A stretch of DNA of 37,607 nt from Chthoniobacteraceae bacterium (GTDB taxonomy: Bacteria > Verrucomicrobiota > Verrucomicrobiia > Chthoniobacterales > Chthoniobacteraceae). Both the position numbers and the translations under genes were made by a program. Shown piece by piece: positions 35,558-37,607 of this stretch (position 1 is its first letter; every line of letters starts with the position of its first letter). The notes below the pieces were generated by a model. The model was not told the origin of the DNA and made no database searches. It saw only the letters and a program-made list of their open reading frames with translations. The stretch covers positions 1 through 37,607 of the forward strand of contig JANNWY010000143.1 of assembly GCA_031409335.1 (NCBI GenBank), in the 5' to 3' direction.

Positions 35558-36744
35558 AAATCGCCGGAACCCTGCGAGCCATCGCCAGCGTCGCGAGAAA
35601 GGAGTTCATCCACATCCTCCGCGACTGGCGCATTCTCATCCTCATTTTCACGCTGCCGCCCGCATTCACGCTGCTACTCGGCCACGCGTTTGAAGTCACC
35701 GAACTGACCGACGCGCCCGCGTTTCTTTTCGACACGGATCGCAGCGAGCAGAGCGAAAACTTCGTCGAACAATTGCGTGCGAGCACGACATTCGCGTGGC
35801 GCGATTCGTCCGCGGTTTCACTCGATGGCATCGACTTGCTAAAAGCCGGCGTGCAAGCCGCAGTCGTGATTCCCGCCGGTTGGGGCCGCAGCTTGAACGA
35901 CGGCGATCCGCTTCCGCTCCGACTCATCCTCGATGGCATGGATACAAATTCCGCGCCGCAACTCGAAGGCGCGGTGCAGCAAGTCCTCGGGCAATTCCAA
36001 ATGGATTCGCGTCAGGAAATGATCGACCAACTTCCCGAATCCGTCTTCGAACTCGGCAAACAAATCCCCGTGGAAGTCCGCAAACAATTCACCTCGTCGA
36101 TGACGCCGTGGACCTACGAGAGCAAGATTCTCTACAACCCGAAACTCCGCTTCATCGACTTCGTCATCCCCGGAATCGTCGGCCTCATTCTCCAGCTCCT
36201 CACCGTCACGCTCATGGCCTGCACCATCGCCCGCGAGCGCGAAAGTGGCACGCTTTCACAACTCCTCGTCACACCGCTGCGCCGCGAGGAAATCGTGATC
36301 GGAAAGGTCGTCCCATACCTCGCCGTCTCGATCGTCCTCATCGGCACCACGCTCGCCACGGGCCGCTACCATTTTCAAGTCCTCTACCGCGCGCCGCTGC
36401 TCATCGCCGTGCTCTGCCTGCTCTTCCTGCTCTGCTCGCTCGGCACCGGCCTGCTCATCTCCACGTTCTGCCGCACGCAGGCGCAGGCGATCCAATTCGC
36501 CGTCTTCTATCTCCTGCCCGTCTTCCCGCTCTCCGGCGCATTCGCATCGCTCGAGCAACTCCCCGACAGCATCCGCTTCATTTCGCAGACTTTCCCGCTC
36601 ACGCATTTCTGCCACGCATTTCGCATGGTCAGCCTCGGGCAAGCCGGACTGCCAGCCATCGCGGGCGACCTGTGCTTCCTCGCGATCGGCGCAGTCGTCA
36701 CGTGCCTCGGCGCCGCGCTGCTGCTCCGGCGGATTCAGGATTGA
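35554..36744 (+). CDS. ABC-2 type transporter permease (YbhS/YbhR-like)
   Basis: KEFIHILRD, YNP, ARERESGTL.QLLVTP, multiple TM segments; ATGA-coupled. Confidence 0.92.
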   Translation: MKIAGTLRAIASVARKEFIHILRDWRILILIFTLPPAFTLLLGHAFEVTELTDAPAFLFDTDRSEQSENFVEQLRASTTFAWRDSSAVSLDGIDLLKAGVQAAVVIPAGWGRSLNDGDPLPLRLILDGMDTNSAPQLEGAVQQVLGQFQMDSRQEMIDQLPESVFELGKQIPVEVRKQFTSSMTPWTYESKILYNPKLRFIDFVIPGIVGLILQLLTVTLMACTIARERESGTLSQLLVTPLRREEIVIGKVVPYLAVSIVLIGTTLATGRYHFQVLYRAPLLIAVLCLLFLLCSLGTGLLISTFCRTQAQAIQFAVFYLLPVFPLSGAFASLEQLPDSIRFISQTFPLTHFCHAFRMVSLGQAGLPAIAGDLCFLAIGAVVTCLGAALLLRRIQD

Positions 36745-36931
36745 AATCTGGAAACTACGCGACACCCGCGCCGCCTCGACATTCAGGAGAACCCCTGGCT
36801 CCCTCTTCTCACGAACCCTGCGTGCCATCTGCTCTCGGGGCCAAGAGTCAATCGCCCTTTTGCACATATGCACGGACTGACCCTTTCTCGTTCAGCAGCG
36901 ACCCCTTTCAAATTGTTTTCAAACGGGGTAG

Positions 36932-37210
36932 TTACCGTCCGTCGGGTCCGTCATTCTCGGACTGCCCCTTTCCTCCGAGTGCTTCCAAAATGCGTGCATA
37001 GAAAATTGCCGCCACTCCCCATCCGAATAAAATCACCGCCAAAGTACAAAATAACGCGAGCTTCACATAGGGCGGGGCCAGCGAAGGTGCTAGTTCAAAT
37101 CGATGCATTACATAAAGTAAGCAAACGCCTCCAAGGCTCAACGCGCAGGCGATATTGCCCTGCAGTTTAGTTTTTTCAAGCTCACTAATGCCTGTTTTCA
37201 TATTAATCAT
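36932..37210 (-). CDS. Possible small AT-rich membrane protein
   Basis: 92-aa ORF with two hydrophobic segments in an AT-richer segment; no family recognised. Confidence 0.35.
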   Translation of the reverse strand: MINMKTGISELEKTKLQGNIACALSLGGVCLLYVMHRFELAPSLAPPYVKLALFCTLAVILFGWGVAAIFYARILEALGGKGQSENDGPDGR

Positions 37211-37321
37211 TATTCTTAACGTTTAGGTGTCCAGCGAAATGGATTCTCTCAAAACTTTCGGTCGTTTGGCAAAGACTTTGGAGGGGGTACTACAGGTGTA
37301 GAAAGTGAGTAGAAAGGGGTC

Positions 37322-37429
37322 GCTTCTTGAAACTCGCTCTAAGCATCGGAAGAAGGCATCATTGGGGTATGTTTGTTACCGCGGACAGTAGTAGCACTGC
37401 AAATAGAAAGAGAGCGAGTTTCAAGAAGC
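37322..37429. repeat. Inverted repeat element (MITE/REPIN-like)
   Basis: gcttcttgaaactcgctct (37322-37340) and agagcgagtttcaagaagc (37411-37429) are a perfect 19-bp inverted pair with a 70-bp spacer. Confidence 0.8.
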
Positions 37430-37607
37430 CACTCCTTTTCCAAAGTAAGAAGCGGCCCATTTTCCACGCTTAACAGTCTGTTGAAAAACCCTCAAGCGGC
37501 GGCGGACAGAGGGTAGCCTTGCTGGGATTGGAGATATTCGCGGCCAAAGCGCGCAGAGTGCGCGAATCGGCAGAGTAACCTCAGAAACGGTCGCCAGAAC
37601 CGATCAT

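Noticed and set aside
34355..37001. Long alternative-frame or antisense ORFs over the ABC genes (34355-35482 minus, 35796-37001 plus)
   Set aside because: Typical high-GC shadow ORFs over strongly supported genes, with no recognisable motifs.

Overview
This is a GC-rich bacterial window; a Verrucomicrobia-like origin is my inference from gene style only. Positions ~2.7-28.1 kb hold a single + strand surface-polysaccharide locus: Wzt ATPase, about 11 glycosyltransferases, four FkbM-type and one other SAM methyltransferase, glf, a GMC oxidoreductase/aldo-keto reductase pair, an O-antigen ligase/polymerase-like membrane protein, and acetyl- and acyltransferases. The left border carries small cassettes (UPF0175/DUF3368 PIN pair, a four-helix-bundle gene, a DUF4160/DUF2442 pair). 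The last two are punctuated by long TTTCCGC-type heptamer arrays. Heptamer runs also occur in frame inside wzt and two glycosyltransferases, one in inverted orientation. The right border carries a REPIN-like doublet, a MazF-type TA pair and a REP-associated tyrosine transposase (RAYT), with four copies of a REP around them, one interrupted by a second hairpin. The sense strand is C-rich at the left border and G-rich at the right border. Housekeeping genes follow (truA, fba, ispE, ABC-2 transporter), then an AT-richer tail with several inverted repeats. The best candidate for an undescribed system is the heptamer-repeat/four-helix-bundle cassette architecture, together with the REP/RAYT module, acting on a glycan locus. 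All family assignments are from motif recognition by eye, not database searches.
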